64,000 bases of DNA from a bacterium (GCA_963675755.2 CAXXMD010000003.1:384001-448000), one strand, 5' to 3'; shown: positions 18,913 to 29,152, counted from the stretch's first letter. Translations and numbers: made by a program. Notes: generated by a model not told the origin, from the sequence alone.

Positions 18913-21555
18913 TTATATCGAAAACCAGTAATTGAGTTTCATCATGAACACATTTTGCGGTTCAACAGAAAATAACCGGTCAGCATTTTTACCCAGCGAT
19001 CGCACAGGCTCATGTATATAATCTGAACGGCCATGTGTCCACACAAAATAAAAGGTAGACCCGGGAGTAAATTCCCAGCGCAGCACCATATTTGATCGCA
19101 TCTCGAAAAAGTTAAAATTCGGATGCCCAATACTGTAATCTGCATTGCCATCATGTGTTTCATCAAACGCCATGGTATTGTTATCAGCATCAATCACAGT
19201 CTCTTCATCAGAAAAGGTATAAAATCTATCATCATATTCATCTGCATCCGCATCTTTAACATATTTGATATGAGAAAAAGAACCGGCTGAAATATAAGGG
19301 CTCACATAATATTGCAAAATCAGATTAGGTGTAAACGCGTAATTGGCACGCAAGGTCATTTCCCAGGTATCATGATCAATGCGACCCAGCACATAACGAT
19401 TCACATCATTAAAATTGATTGTGCTGATATATTGCGTGTCATCAATATTATGGCTGTATGTTAATTCACCCGACATGTTGAAACGATTACCCACACGGAG
19501 TGTTACACCGGGATTCAGACTAAACAATGACGTGATATCATCATCAACTTTGGTAACGGAACTGTGCAAAGTATAACTGAATTTTTTGCGGGAATCAGAT
19601 TGAATACCCGCAGAATAATACCAGTACCCATCCAAAGTCAATGCCGGGCCGCCGCGAAGCAAACGGGTATCCTGCCATTGTGGTACCCGGCTGAGATATG
19701 CATTAAATTTCCAGTAATTTTTAAAGGTCCATGAATTTTTAAATTCATAGCTGGACATAATCAAAGAACCGTCAAAACCCCACTCGTTTGATTGATCTAC
19801 AGTAACGGAATAAGTACGATATAACGATGTTGGGGTCTGTACAACATATGCCAACTCTGTATTTTGAGACACAACATCAGTCATTCTCAAATAACCCAGG
19901 TCATTCAGGTCCAGTCCGGGAGATAACCAGCTTATATTTTCAGAGTACTGCCAGCGGCCAAGGCCACCCTTTCCTACACCAATACTTCCACCAAAACCGC
20001 CAAGCGATGTTCTGGTAGTATCCAGCTCTATATGATCGATATCCGGACGTTGAAAATAATGTCTCGAATTTCTTTGAAGGGCCAAAATAGCTTCGGGTTC
20101 ACCCTGAATTTGGCTGAATATGGTTTTCACATCCAGATAATAGGTACGGTTCTTCCAACGCTGTAAATAATCAATACCACCGGTAAAGGCGTCTGTTGCA
20201 AGCGAGTTCAGGTGCACATCTTCATCAGCAATAAATCGCTGCGTTGATGTAAACATGGCGCCAATTGAAGAGTTGCCCTTGTTGTAATCTTTTAAAACAC
20301 GCGCCAGGAAATAGTTTGACCAGGGTTCAACAGTTTGCTTGCTTCGATTGCCATTATCATCGATCTCTGCTGTTTCTTTTGGGGTAATGCTTTGAATTAC
20401 ACCTACTGACAAACCATTTTTGGTTTTACCTGTTATTTTAAGCGCATTGAGGATGGTTGTTTCTTCCGGTTCGTTTGCATGTTGATTACCCGTCAGGTCT
20501 GCGGAATAAGAGGGTTGGTGCCCAATTCTTCTTGAATAAAACAACTGGTTACCACCTACTGCAAAATCAAAAATGGTTTTCCCTTCCAAAAAGAAGGGAC
20601 GCTTTTCATCATAAAACGTTTCAAATGCTGTCAGATTCAATACAGATGGGTCCGCTTCTACCTGCCCAAAATCAGGATTCACGGTAAAATCCATAGTGAA
20701 ATTGTTAGACAATCCCACTTTGCCATCAAAACCTATATTATATTTAAAATCCTTTCCATCAGCAAAAGGATTCCCCTCCTCTTTTGGATAAAAATTACCA
20801 CTGGTTAAGCCATAGGGCATCAACTCAATTCTTCGTATCTTGTTTAAACCGCTAATACCATGCAGCTCACCATAATTATCTACCCAGCTTGGCGTATTGA
20901 TAGCAAACACATTCCACTGATCTTCTTCTTTATTACGGTTGATCCATCTCCAAATATGCATGCCCCATACCTGGTCGTGGGCATCAGAGAACCGTAACTG
21001 ACTAAAAGGAATTCGCATTTCCACTGTCCACGCCGAATCTTCAAATGCAACATCTCCGTACCATACCGGGTCCCAATTTGTATGATAATCTTTATCATGT
21101 ATAGTTAGATCAATTTTACTCCCCGCGGCTGTCAGATCAAATTCAAAAGATGATCGCATGTCATGATAGCTGTCAAAACCAATACCTACTATATCCCCTC
21201 TAAACTGGTCACGTCTTGCGCCCTGTATATCAATTGAATCCAGATCATCAAAACAACGTATCGCAACATAGATGTTTAAATCATCATACAGTATTTTGAA
21301 CTCGGTTTCCCGTGTCGGTTTGGCATAATTATCCGGCATGAATTGCTGAAACCGTGTTGCCCATTCGCCCTGTTCAAGCCAGCAATCATCTTTGATTACA
21401 CCGTCAATTTCCGGAGCGTTGCCCTGTAAGCGTTGTGTGTAATATTTCCGCTTTTCTTTTAACGGTTTATGATATTCCTGCGCAAAAACAACCGATACCT
21501 GAAACAGTATGGCAATAAAGATGAATATTGAAATGTTCCTTCCATAACCTCGCAT
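18913..21555 (-). CDS. CBM9-like sugar-binding domain plus DUF5916 (probable outer-membrane beta-barrel)
   Basis: Signal peptide; PEIDGVIKD, WTVEMRIPFSQLRF; DFTVNPDFGQVEAD, EKRPFFLEG, LFYSRRIG; aromatic barrel-type C-terminus KLNYWFSI. Confidence 0.82.
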   Translation of the reverse strand: MRGYGRNISIFIFIAILFQVSVVFAQEYHKPLKEKRKYYTQRLQGNAPEIDGVIKDDCWLEQGEWATRFQQFMPDNYAKPTRETEFKILYDDLNIYVAIRCFDDLDSIDIQGARRDQFRGDIVGIGFDSYHDMRSSFEFDLTAAGSKIDLTIHDKDYHTNWDPVWYGDVAFEDSAWTVEMRIPFSQLRFSDAHDQVWGMHIWRWINRNKEEDQWNVFAINTPSWVDNYGELHGISGLNKIRRIELMPYGLTSGNFYPKEEGNPFADGKDFKYNIGFDGKVGLSNNFTMDFTVNPDFGQVEADPSVLNLTAFETFYDEKRPFFLEGKTIFDFAVGGNQLFYSRRIGHQPSYSADLTGNQHANEPEETTILNALKITGKTKNGLSVGVIQSITPKETAEIDDNGNRSKQTVEPWSNYFLARVLKDYNKGNSSIGAMFTSTQRFIADEDVHLNSLATDAFTGGIDYLQRWKNRTYYLDVKTIFSQIQGEPEAILALQRNSRHYFQRPDIDHIELDTTRTSLGGFGGSIGVGKGGLGRWQYSENISWLSPGLDLNDLGYLRMTDVVSQNTELAYVVQTPTSLYRTYSVTVDQSNEWGFDGSLIMSSYEFKNSWTFKNYWKFNAYLSRVPQWQDTRLLRGGPALTLDGYWYYSAGIQSDSRKKFSYTLHSSVTKVDDDITSLFSLNPGVTLRVGNRFNMSGELTYSHNIDDTQYISTINFNDVNRYVLGRIDHDTWEMTLRANYAFTPNLILQYYVSPYISAGSFSHIKYVKDADADEYDDRFYTFSDEETVIDADNNTMAFDETHDGNADYSIGHPNFNFFEMRSNMVLRWEFTPGSTFYFVWTHGRSDYIHEPVRSLGKNADRLFSVEPQNVFMMKLNYWFSI

Positions 21556-21583
21556 TTCTTTTACCCGCTTTCTGTATGAATTC

Positions 21584-23035
21584 TTAATTTACGTTTATCT
21601 TTCCTGGTGGTGTGTACAATTTATCCCCGTTATCTAATACCAAAACCCAATCGTTCTCGGGACCCTGGTATGGGGTAATAAATGTTGTGTAATTTTTCTC
21701 TTTCAACTGTCCAATTTTTTCAGCAACTCCGTTCACCGGCATATACCACCACGCCGTTATCGAGCTGCCGCTTAATTTATTCAAATCGATTTCAACTTTG
21801 CCGCCTTGCGGCAGATAAATCATTGCGTAACTGCCGTCAACTGCACGTGTTGCCAACATATGTGTACTGTCATCCGGATTTTCAGACATGATTAACGATG
21901 GATCCGGTATACGCTCCAACATGGGGCGCGATTCCATTAAATTCCGTACATAGGTCATCTGGGTTGCTCCGGGCAGATCCATTGCTACAGGCCATGGGGT
22001 ACGTGCCGCTGCTTTTTTCTCCCTGCCAGGCAGCCATAACTGCCAGATATCATTGCAGCCATATGTGTATCCAAACGCTCCGGCAAATAACGATCTGTAC
22101 GCGGCTTTACGGACATCACATGCACCAAACCAGCCTGCTTCTCCGGGTTTAAAATTAACAGGATGGTCCTCGTAATTGGGTTCTCCATCAAAAACCGGTT
22201 TGGTGGGAGAACGCCGGTAATCCGTTGTGATCTTTTGCCAATTGGGATCATCCCTACGGCTATGTCCTGATTGCCAGGTATTGAAATCCAGCCAGGCATC
22301 ATCATGAAACCAATGTGACGAACTGGTGCCGCCCCAGGAATGGTATCCCATCAAATGCCGTTTATCGACAGATTTTATGGCGTTTGCCATAGCCCGCCAG
22401 ATGGGTTTATAATCCTCTTCTTCCCATTCAGGGGCCCTGTCTCCGCCCAATATCCAGATGATATTGGGTTTATTTTTATAACGTTTGGCAATCCATTTAC
22501 CATATGCGACAGCGTTGGTGGAATCAAACACCACGGGACCTACTCCCCAGCGTTTCAAAACCTTGTCTCCCCAGGTGGGAAGGAGCGCAATATAAATACC
22601 CTTTTCCGCAGCCTTGTTAATGACCCAGTCCACATGGTCCCAGTAATCATAAGCATCATCATTGGCAATGGTGCTGCCCGCAGTGGTATCTGGCTTTGCA
22701 GGATCATTATCCACCAGAGGTCTGTCTCCATAGCTGTTTGGGGTATCCAATCCATCAAGCTCTGCCAACGCGACTGCCTGAATAACGGTAAACCGCTTTT
22801 GTCTGCGATTTTCCAGGTATCTCTCGGCTTCTTCCCGCGTGGTACGATGAAACAGTTCCCAGCAGGTATCTCCCAGATAAAAGAACGGAGTGCCATCGGC
22901 ATGCACTATCATACGATGATCGTCAGAAACCCTCAGATCGCCATGACTAAAATCCACAGACGGTTCAGGCCGCTCAACAATCGGCGAACAGGCAAACATA
23001 GATAATATTAATAATAAAGTTGTAAATCTTTTCAT
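21584..23035 (-). CDS. DUF4038/GH140-family (apiosidase-like) glycoside hydrolase with C-terminal putative collagen-binding domain; lipoprotein
   Basis: SMFAC lipobox; DGTPFFYLGDTCW; WILGGD; QSGH; KPVFDGEPNYEDHP; GYTYG; DWVLVL. Confidence 0.83.
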   Translation of the reverse strand: MKRFTTLLLILSMFACSPIVERPEPSVDFSHGDLRVSDDHRMIVHADGTPFFYLGDTCWELFHRTTREEAERYLENRRQKRFTVIQAVALAELDGLDTPNSYGDRPLVDNDPAKPDTTAGSTIANDDAYDYWDHVDWVINKAAEKGIYIALLPTWGDKVLKRWGVGPVVFDSTNAVAYGKWIAKRYKNKPNIIWILGGDRAPEWEEEDYKPIWRAMANAIKSVDKRHLMGYHSWGGTSSSHWFHDDAWLDFNTWQSGHSRRDDPNWQKITTDYRRSPTKPVFDGEPNYEDHPVNFKPGEAGWFGACDVRKAAYRSLFAGAFGYTYGCNDIWQLWLPGREKKAAARTPWPVAMDLPGATQMTYVRNLMESRPMLERIPDPSLIMSENPDDSTHMLATRAVDGSYAMIYLPQGGKVEIDLNKLSGSSITAWWYMPVNGVAEKIGQLKEKNYTTFITPYQGPENDWVLVLDNGDKLYTPPGKINVN

Positions 23036-23066
23036 AATAACTTTCTACTATATAATTAAAAACATT

Positions 23067-23360
23067 AACCACAGAGATCACAAAGAGTTAGCTTTTACCT
23101 TTGAGTTCATAATAATTCATAAATCATTCAAACTTGGTATCTCTTCAAGCAATTTTAATTTTTATAACTATTTTTCTATTTCACTTAATCTTTTTACAAC
23201 ACACCCAATTTATCTACTCCAGAGCTTTTCCTCTGTGGCCTCTGTGACTCCGTGGTTCAGTATTCACTATTATTTCAACTATTACAATATAAACACAAAG
23301 CAACAGCTTCTAACAAACTCATTATTACTTTTTCCGTGTCTTTCCGTATATTCTGTGGTT
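23067..23360. repeat. Two degenerate non-coding elements bounded by inverted repeats made of short CACAGAG/CTCTGTG units
   Basis: AACCACAGAGATCACAAAGAG (23067-23087) versus CTCTGTGGCCTCTGTGACTCCGTGGTT (23231-23257); a second right end TTCCGTGTCTTTCCGTATATTCTGTGGTT (23332-23360). Confidence 0.55.
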
Positions 23361-23392
23361 ATTATTTAACACTCAGGGTCCGGTTTTACACC

Positions 23393-25294
23393 TTACGGCA
23401 CTGTAATATTGGCTATCAACCATGCAAACAAAATCACCAGAATAGAAATAGCAATACAGGCGAAAAAGCCCCACACATCGGTTTTACTGAATTTCTTTAA
23501 TCCCCACGCAGAGGGATTGGCTTCCTGTTCATACGCCAGAATCTGTGCATCCACGTTTTTCACGTCCTGGTCCGGATCACTGCTCACCGGCATATTTAAA
23601 CGTGCAAACACATTATCAACAGCTTTCCGCTCCGGTTTGGATGTAAACAGGCTCACAACAACCAGCAGTACAAATGGCAGGATTATGTTCAACGAATAAT
23701 TCAACGTCATCAATATAGGATTCGAAGCGCCGTCAAAGCCAATACCCATCAAGGCCAATACAACCAGCATGGGTTTGTCCGCAACACCCGCAGGCACTTG
23801 GCCCGCCACAAACGCCATCTGCGGCAGAATATTGGGCAGCATTACAATCACCATCCACGAGAAAAAAACAGTAACCAGCGCAGCAGTCCGGGTTACATAA
23901 CGCCAGAGAATACTGACCCAGAAAACCGCTCCAAAAATAACCGGCAATTGCCAGTAATATTTGATCAGGCTCAACACATCATTAAAATAAAGACTGATGG
24001 CAATTGCACCACCAATCATAACCGCAGAAACCAAACGTCCGACTTTGACATAGTGTTCTTCACTCTTGTCTGATACCAATGGACGATAAAAGTTGCGTGT
24101 AAACAGGGCAGAACCGCAGATCATGAATGCATCCGCACTGGACATGGATGCCGCAAGCAAACAGGCAATCATAATCCCCACAAATCCGGGACCCAGGAGC
24201 TGGTCGGTTGCGTATCCCCAGATCATATCAGGATCACTGATCACATTCTTGTACAAAGCAAAGGCAACCACACCGGTAAAGCCCCACATGATGGTTGTAA
24301 ATCTTTTTAAATAGTTGCCAAAAACCAGACCTACACGTGCGGTCATTTCATCTTTGGCACTGCCGCCACCGGTAACAAATATATGCGGCTGCGCAGCCAC
24401 ACCCACCAGATTCATGGCTATAAGCGCTACGATATAATACCAGGTATAATCGCTGCTGGCGGAGGTACTGATAATTTTAAACATGTCAGCGGGTACTGTG
24501 GCATGCAGTCCGGAGAACCAGCCCGCTTTGTACATTCCCATGGGCAACAGGAGCACGGAAAGGACCAAAATCAGAATCCCCTGCAAGGTATCGGTCCAGG
24601 CAGCGGCATAGAGTCCACCTAAAAGTCCATAGATCAAAATGATCAATGCAATAATAGGTACAATTTGTTGAGTGGTAATATGTGAATAATAGGCCTTAAT
24701 TTTTTCCTGTTTTTCAAGCTGCTTTAGATCAGCAAGCTGCTGTTTTTGTTCAACGGTAGGATTTTCAAGAGCCGTAAGGGTTTTCAGCGTTTTATATTGA
24801 TCAACACTCTGCTTTTCCGATACTGTCAGCACAGATTCCGATTTTACGGTCACTATCTCGATTGTTTTTCCAATGGCCGTCAGCCCGATTGCAATGTAAA
24901 ACATTAACCAGATAATACTGGTCCAAACATACAAAGCTGTCAAGCCCTTGCTCTGAAATCGCTGTTGAAAGTAATCTCCACCCGTAATAACACGCAATCG
25001 GCGGTACCAGGGCGCAATGATCCAGTAAAAAGGAGTGATAAACAACCAAAGCAACTGAATCCAGATCCCGGACATCCCCACGCGATACGTCTCACGGGAC
25101 GCAGAGATGGCCGTATCCGAACTGGTGCCGGTTCCAAATGATAAAAAGATGGAAACCAGTTTGCCAAACCGGCGCCCGCCAAGGAAATAATCTGTTTCGT
25201 TTTTTATTAATCGCTTTGACAACCAACCGATACCAATTACCAGCAAAAAATAGCCTGCAATGGCAAGAATATCCAGAATGTGCAATCCAAACAT
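23393..25294 (-). CDS. Sodium:solute symporter (SSS family)
   Basis: DYFLGGR, YGLLGGLYAAAWTDTLQG, ACLLAASMSSADA; about 14 hydrophobic segments. Confidence 0.92.
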   Translation of the reverse strand: MFGLHILDILAIAGYFLLVIGIGWLSKRLIKNETDYFLGGRRFGKLVSIFLSFGTGTSSDTAISASRETYRVGMSGIWIQLLWLFITPFYWIIAPWYRRLRVITGGDYFQQRFQSKGLTALYVWTSIIWLMFYIAIGLTAIGKTIEIVTVKSESVLTVSEKQSVDQYKTLKTLTALENPTVEQKQQLADLKQLEKQEKIKAYYSHITTQQIVPIIALIILIYGLLGGLYAAAWTDTLQGILILVLSVLLLPMGMYKAGWFSGLHATVPADMFKIISTSASSDYTWYYIVALIAMNLVGVAAQPHIFVTGGGSAKDEMTARVGLVFGNYLKRFTTIMWGFTGVVAFALYKNVISDPDMIWGYATDQLLGPGFVGIMIACLLAASMSSADAFMICGSALFTRNFYRPLVSDKSEEHYVKVGRLVSAVMIGGAIAISLYFNDVLSLIKYYWQLPVIFGAVFWVSILWRYVTRTAALVTVFFSWMVIVMLPNILPQMAFVAGQVPAGVADKPMLVVLALMGIGFDGASNPILMTLNYSLNIILPFVLLVVVSLFTSKPERKAVDNVFARLNMPVSSDPDQDVKNVDAQILAYEQEANPSAWGLKKFSKTDVWGFFACIAISILVILFAWLIANITVP

Positions 25295-25296
25295 GA

Positions 25297-26433
25297 TTAT
25301 TGACCGCCTCTCAGGGTTTCTATAAATTCATATAATGCCAACTGCTCTTTTTGAGTCTCACAATAACTGGTCACTATCAGTTTTATTCCCGGTGCCCACA
25401 ACTCGCTGATTTTCTCTTTCAATGTTTCCAGATCACCTACAATACGTGCGTTAACAATCACACCGGTGCCCGTAAAAGTATCTCTGAACGGTGCACAGGG
25501 ATTCGGATCCGGATCCGTTTGTACGGAAAACGCTGCATCGATCACTTTGAGCCCGGGGATGTCGCGAATAGTGGCTGCCTTGCTGCTCCAGTTTCCGCAG
25601 GAATGAAATACAGCTCCGCCAAATGCCTCGCCAATACGCTGCATTGCGGGATATTCAAATTCAACATACTGATCTGGCGAAATCATTACCGAAACATCAC
25701 TGCTTAATCCCAGGCCGTTAAAGACACGAATACTGGGAAAACCGTGACCGGGTAATACCATTGCATCACCAATAAGTTCTTTTTGTTTTTGAGTAAATTC
25801 TATGGTCAAATCGGTTATTATGGCTAAAATCTTTTTCAGCGCATCAGGATTCATGATCATATCCATGAAAAACGTATCCGTCGGAAACAAAAAAGAAGCC
25901 GCGTTTAACGATGCCTGAGAATCCGTAGGCGACATGGGTATTTTGCCTCCAGTATTTTCCAGAAAATAGTCGATCATGTTGAGAATGTGCTTACCAATGG
26001 GGGTTTCGTGTACGGGAACAATCTCCCGCTCTAATGCTTCTTCAATGGATTTAAACGGGGGATGGATTGCCGGTGCGTTCCCCTCTTTCCAGTCATATTC
26101 AATGCCAAAGGCGCTTGCGGTAACACCAATGCCGTACCAGGGTTCCAGAAAATTGGCAATATCTCCGGCATATTCCATACTTTGCTGAAGCAGTCCCAGT
26201 TGAAGTGCCAGGGATTTTTTCATGTCCCTGCTGTCATAAGCAAAAACACCGGGACTCCGGAACCGTCGGTACACCAGAATGCCCTCCGAAGCGTTCCAGA
26301 ACGACTGGTTCTTTTCCAGCAGGGATTGTTCATAATCATAATATCTTTCGATATCAAATTTTTTCGGATCCAGCTCATTTCCAAGGGTTCCCTGAGAATC
26401 CGACAGGGTATAATCAAATTCTTTAGACATCAT
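25297..26433 (-). CDS. UroD/MtaA-fold protein (putative Zn-dependent corrinoid methyltransferase)
   Basis: TASAFG, TDSQASLNAA, SSDVSVMISPDQYVEF, FHSCGN and a C-terminal Cys in LIVTSYC; start at the ATG after GGGAG. Confidence 0.75.
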   Translation of the reverse strand: MMSKEFDYTLSDSQGTLGNELDPKKFDIERYYDYEQSLLEKNQSFWNASEGILVYRRFRSPGVFAYDSRDMKKSLALQLGLLQQSMEYAGDIANFLEPWYGIGVTASAFGIEYDWKEGNAPAIHPPFKSIEEALEREIVPVHETPIGKHILNMIDYFLENTGGKIPMSPTDSQASLNAASFLFPTDTFFMDMIMNPDALKKILAIITDLTIEFTQKQKELIGDAMVLPGHGFPSIRVFNGLGLSSDVSVMISPDQYVEFEYPAMQRIGEAFGGAVFHSCGNWSSKAATIRDIPGLKVIDAAFSVQTDPDPNPCAPFRDTFTGTGVIVNARIVGDLETLKEKISELWAPGIKLIVTSYCETQKEQLALYEFIETLRGGQ

Positions 26434-26492
26434 ATTCTCCCAACCGATTATGTAATGCCCCAAAAATCTAAATCTAATTTCACATTATAACA

Positions 26493-27920
26493 TCAGGCTT
26501 TATCTTTTAATGGCCACAGTTCATGATCTGTACGCACGGTATCCAACAGTTCCTTCATTTTGGCAACAATTTGAGGATACTGGTCCGCAATATTGTTCAG
26601 TTCTTCAATATCAACGGACAAATCATACAATTCAATGGGTCCGGAAGGATAATGCCTTACAGCCTTCCATTCTCCCATTCGTACCGCCTGATCTGTGGCT
26701 TTGTTTTCATGAAACTCCCAATACAGGTATTCATGCTGTGGTTGCTTTTTGCCCAACAATTCCGGCAGAAATGAAATACCATCAATATCTTGCGGTACAT
26801 CAACTCTGGCTAATTGACAAGCTGTAGGCAAAAAGTCCCAAAATGCAGATACATGTTTGGATGTGCTCTCTGCCTTGATCTTTCCGGGCCAGCGTACCAT
26901 AAACGGAACACGTATACCACCATCATACAGATCACGTTTATATCCACGTACAGGACCGTTACTATCAAAAAAGTCAGGGTCCGCACCGCCTTCTTTATGA
27001 GGTCCATTATCGCTTGAAAACATGACAATGGTATTATCATCAATTCCCAATTCTTTTAACAGGTCCATCATACGGCCCACATCCCTGTCCATTCGCTCAA
27101 CCATACCGGCAAAAGCAGCTTTCGGCATGAGCTGTGTACCATAGTGTCCACGGCCTCCATCTTTGGCACTGTAATGTGGTGTTTCCTCAAACTTGCCTTT
27201 AAAGGGATCAATAGAATCTTCCGGTACCAGCAATTCCGCATGCGGAATGGTAAAGGGAACGTATAAAAAGAACGGTTCATCTTTATGGCGTTTAATAAAA
27301 TCCAGTGTTTCATTAGCAATCAGATCATGGGTATACTGTTGCTGCTTACCGTCCTGGTTCCCTTCAAGTGTGATCTTTTCACCGTTTTTCCAGAGGTAAT
27401 CTGTATAATAGAAATGGGCATGCCCCTGGTTCAGATACCCCATAAACTCGTCAAATCCTTGTTTGTCCGGTTGACCGGTAGTGGTCATTACACCCAAACT
27501 CCACTTGCCAAATATGCCGGTGGCATAACCGGCAGGTTTTAACAGTTCAGCAACGGTAACATCCTGCGGACGCAGTTCCAAACACGCACCAAATCCATGT
27601 GGACCGGCTTCATAGTTTCCACGTACACGGGAATGCCCGGTATGGAATCCGGTCATCAGGCTGCATCGCGAAGGTGCGCAAACGGTACTACCGGCGTAAT
27701 GATCTGTAAATTTCATCCCTTCTGCGGCCAATCTGTCCAGATTAGGAGTTTTAAAATGCGTTTGTCCATAACACCCCAAATCTCCATATCCCAGATCATC
27801 TGCAAGAATATAAATAATATTGGGTTTAGCTGTTGGTTTTGAACAGGAAGAAAAGCCCAATGGCAGTGCGGCAAATCCTGCAAGGCCGCCCAATTGTTTC
27901 ATAAATTGTCTGCGATTCAT
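26493..27920 (-). CDS. Arylsulfatase-type S1 sulfatase, Tat lipoprotein
   Basis: NRRQFMK, FSSC lipobox, ILADDLGYGD, CAPSRCSLMTG, GKW, SSDNG, GYKRDLYDGGIRVP. Confidence 0.93.
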   Translation of the reverse strand: MNRRQFMKQLGGLAGFAALPLGFSSCSKPTAKPNIIYILADDLGYGDLGCYGQTHFKTPNLDRLAAEGMKFTDHYAGSTVCAPSRCSLMTGFHTGHSRVRGNYEAGPHGFGACLELRPQDVTVAELLKPAGYATGIFGKWSLGVMTTTGQPDKQGFDEFMGYLNQGHAHFYYTDYLWKNGEKITLEGNQDGKQQQYTHDLIANETLDFIKRHKDEPFFLYVPFTIPHAELLVPEDSIDPFKGKFEETPHYSAKDGGRGHYGTQLMPKAAFAGMVERMDRDVGRMMDLLKELGIDDNTIVMFSSDNGPHKEGGADPDFFDSNGPVRGYKRDLYDGGIRVPFMVRWPGKIKAESTSKHVSAFWDFLPTACQLARVDVPQDIDGISFLPELLGKKQPQHEYLYWEFHENKATDQAVRMGEWKAVRHYPSGPIELYDLSVDIEELNNIADQYPQIVAKMKELLDTVRTDHELWPLKDKA

Positions 27921-27945
27921 ATTTACCCGATTCTTTCCATAACCA

Positions 27946-28785
27946 TTATTGTAAATAGCCAAGTTTTGTTAAAAACTGGTCCATTTCTTCTACTGTTTTA
28001 ATATAGTATTTGTTTTCAAATTTCCCATAATTAAAAAAACCATGTCCCACATCGGGAAAAGTAATCAGCTCGCATGTATTGCCGTTTTCATGCATGAGAC
28101 GGCTAAAACGCTCTACATTTTCAACCGGCACTGCGGTATCACTCTGTCCATGAAAGATTATTGTTGGAGGTAAACCCGCTCTTACATGATGAGCAGGAGA
28201 AATCTGTTCCCAGTTCTCGCCGCACTTTTCCCGACCATATCCTTTTTCAGAGGTGTCAATAACAGGATTAAATAAAACCAGGGCATTGGGAACAGAACTG
28301 ACGGTCAAATCTTCATCTGGCGAATCAAATCCTTCTATAACCGCGGTACATGCTGCCACATGTCCACCGGCGGAACCACCGCCAGCGGCAATCATATCGG
28401 GAGCTATACCCAGTTCACCGGCATGAAGGCGTATCCAACGGACTACGGATTTGCCATCGGTTACGCACTCGAATGGTGTGGTGCCATGTTTTTCTTTAAT
28501 ACGGTATTCTGCACAAATTGCAACCATTCCCCGGGAGGCAAGATGTTTACTATGCTCATAAAAATGTTTGGCAGTACCATGTGTCCATCCTCCGCCAAAA
28601 AAGAAAACAATTGCCGGTAAAGGCTCCCCATCTGTTTGTGTGGGTTTAAAAACATGTAAATTCAGTCGGGTTGTATCAATTTGTTTGTACTGAACAACCT
28701 CCAAAGTGTATTTTTCTTGGTCCTGCGCATAAAGAAAAGACACCCCAATAAAAAGAAAAACCAGAATAAATCGTACAATCTTCAA
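27946..28785 (-). CDS. Secreted alpha/beta hydrolase (acetyl/carbohydrate esterase-like)
   Basis: Signal peptide, FFGGGW oxyanion motif, GGSAGG nucleophile elbow, Asp in SDTAV, His in GHGFF. Confidence 0.88.
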   Translation of the reverse strand: MKIVRFILVFLFIGVSFLYAQDQEKYTLEVVQYKQIDTTRLNLHVFKPTQTDGEPLPAIVFFFGGGWTHGTAKHFYEHSKHLASRGMVAICAEYRIKEKHGTTPFECVTDGKSVVRWIRLHAGELGIAPDMIAAGGGSAGGHVAACTAVIEGFDSPDEDLTVSSVPNALVLFNPVIDTSEKGYGREKCGENWEQISPAHHVRAGLPPTIIFHGQSDTAVPVENVERFSRLMHENGNTCELITFPDVGHGFFNYGKFENKYYIKTVEEMDQFLTKLGYLQ

Positions 28786-28881
28786 ATCAACACCTCAAAA
28801 TTAATAAAGTGATAAACATGTTATCGAATATTATACTATAACATAAAGCATGATTTAAGATAAAACAGTACTCTATAAAAT

Positions 28882-28919
28882 AAAAATGCGGGACATATTA
28901 TATACTATATCCCGCATTT
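28882..28919 (-). terminator. Terminator after the isomerase-permease operon
   Basis: AATGCGGGA...TCCCGCATT stem followed by T residues on the minus strand. Confidence 0.75.
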
Positions 28920-28936
28920 ATTGAATATCTAAAAAA

Positions 28937-29134
28937 TTATTGATCTTTTTTCTTATCTGCAATCAGCCAAAAGGGAGAGAATACAAACCATAGCAGGGTG
29001 CTGATATTGGTAACAATAATAAATAATTCTTTGCTCTGATTTCCCAGGAAAACCTGAGTAGCAAACAAAAGGATCATTACAAGAGCAAATATAGATACAA
29101 ACGGTGCCAGTTTACGCATAATTGTTTTGAACAT
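28937..29134 (-). CDS. Small two-TM membrane protein
   Basis: 65 aa, two hydrophobic segments, GAGGAG RBS, 18 bp downstream of the permease. Confidence 0.7.
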   Translation of the reverse strand: MFKTIMRKLAPFVSIFALVMILLFATQVFLGNQSKELFIIVTNISTLLWFVFSPFWLIADKKKDQ

Positions 29135-29152
29135 ATCATTCTCCTCTCTTGG

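Noticed and set aside
25297-26433. Calling the UroD-fold gene hemE
   Set aside because: It lacks the N-terminal W(x)MRQAGR motif of HemE and has no heme-pathway neighbours.
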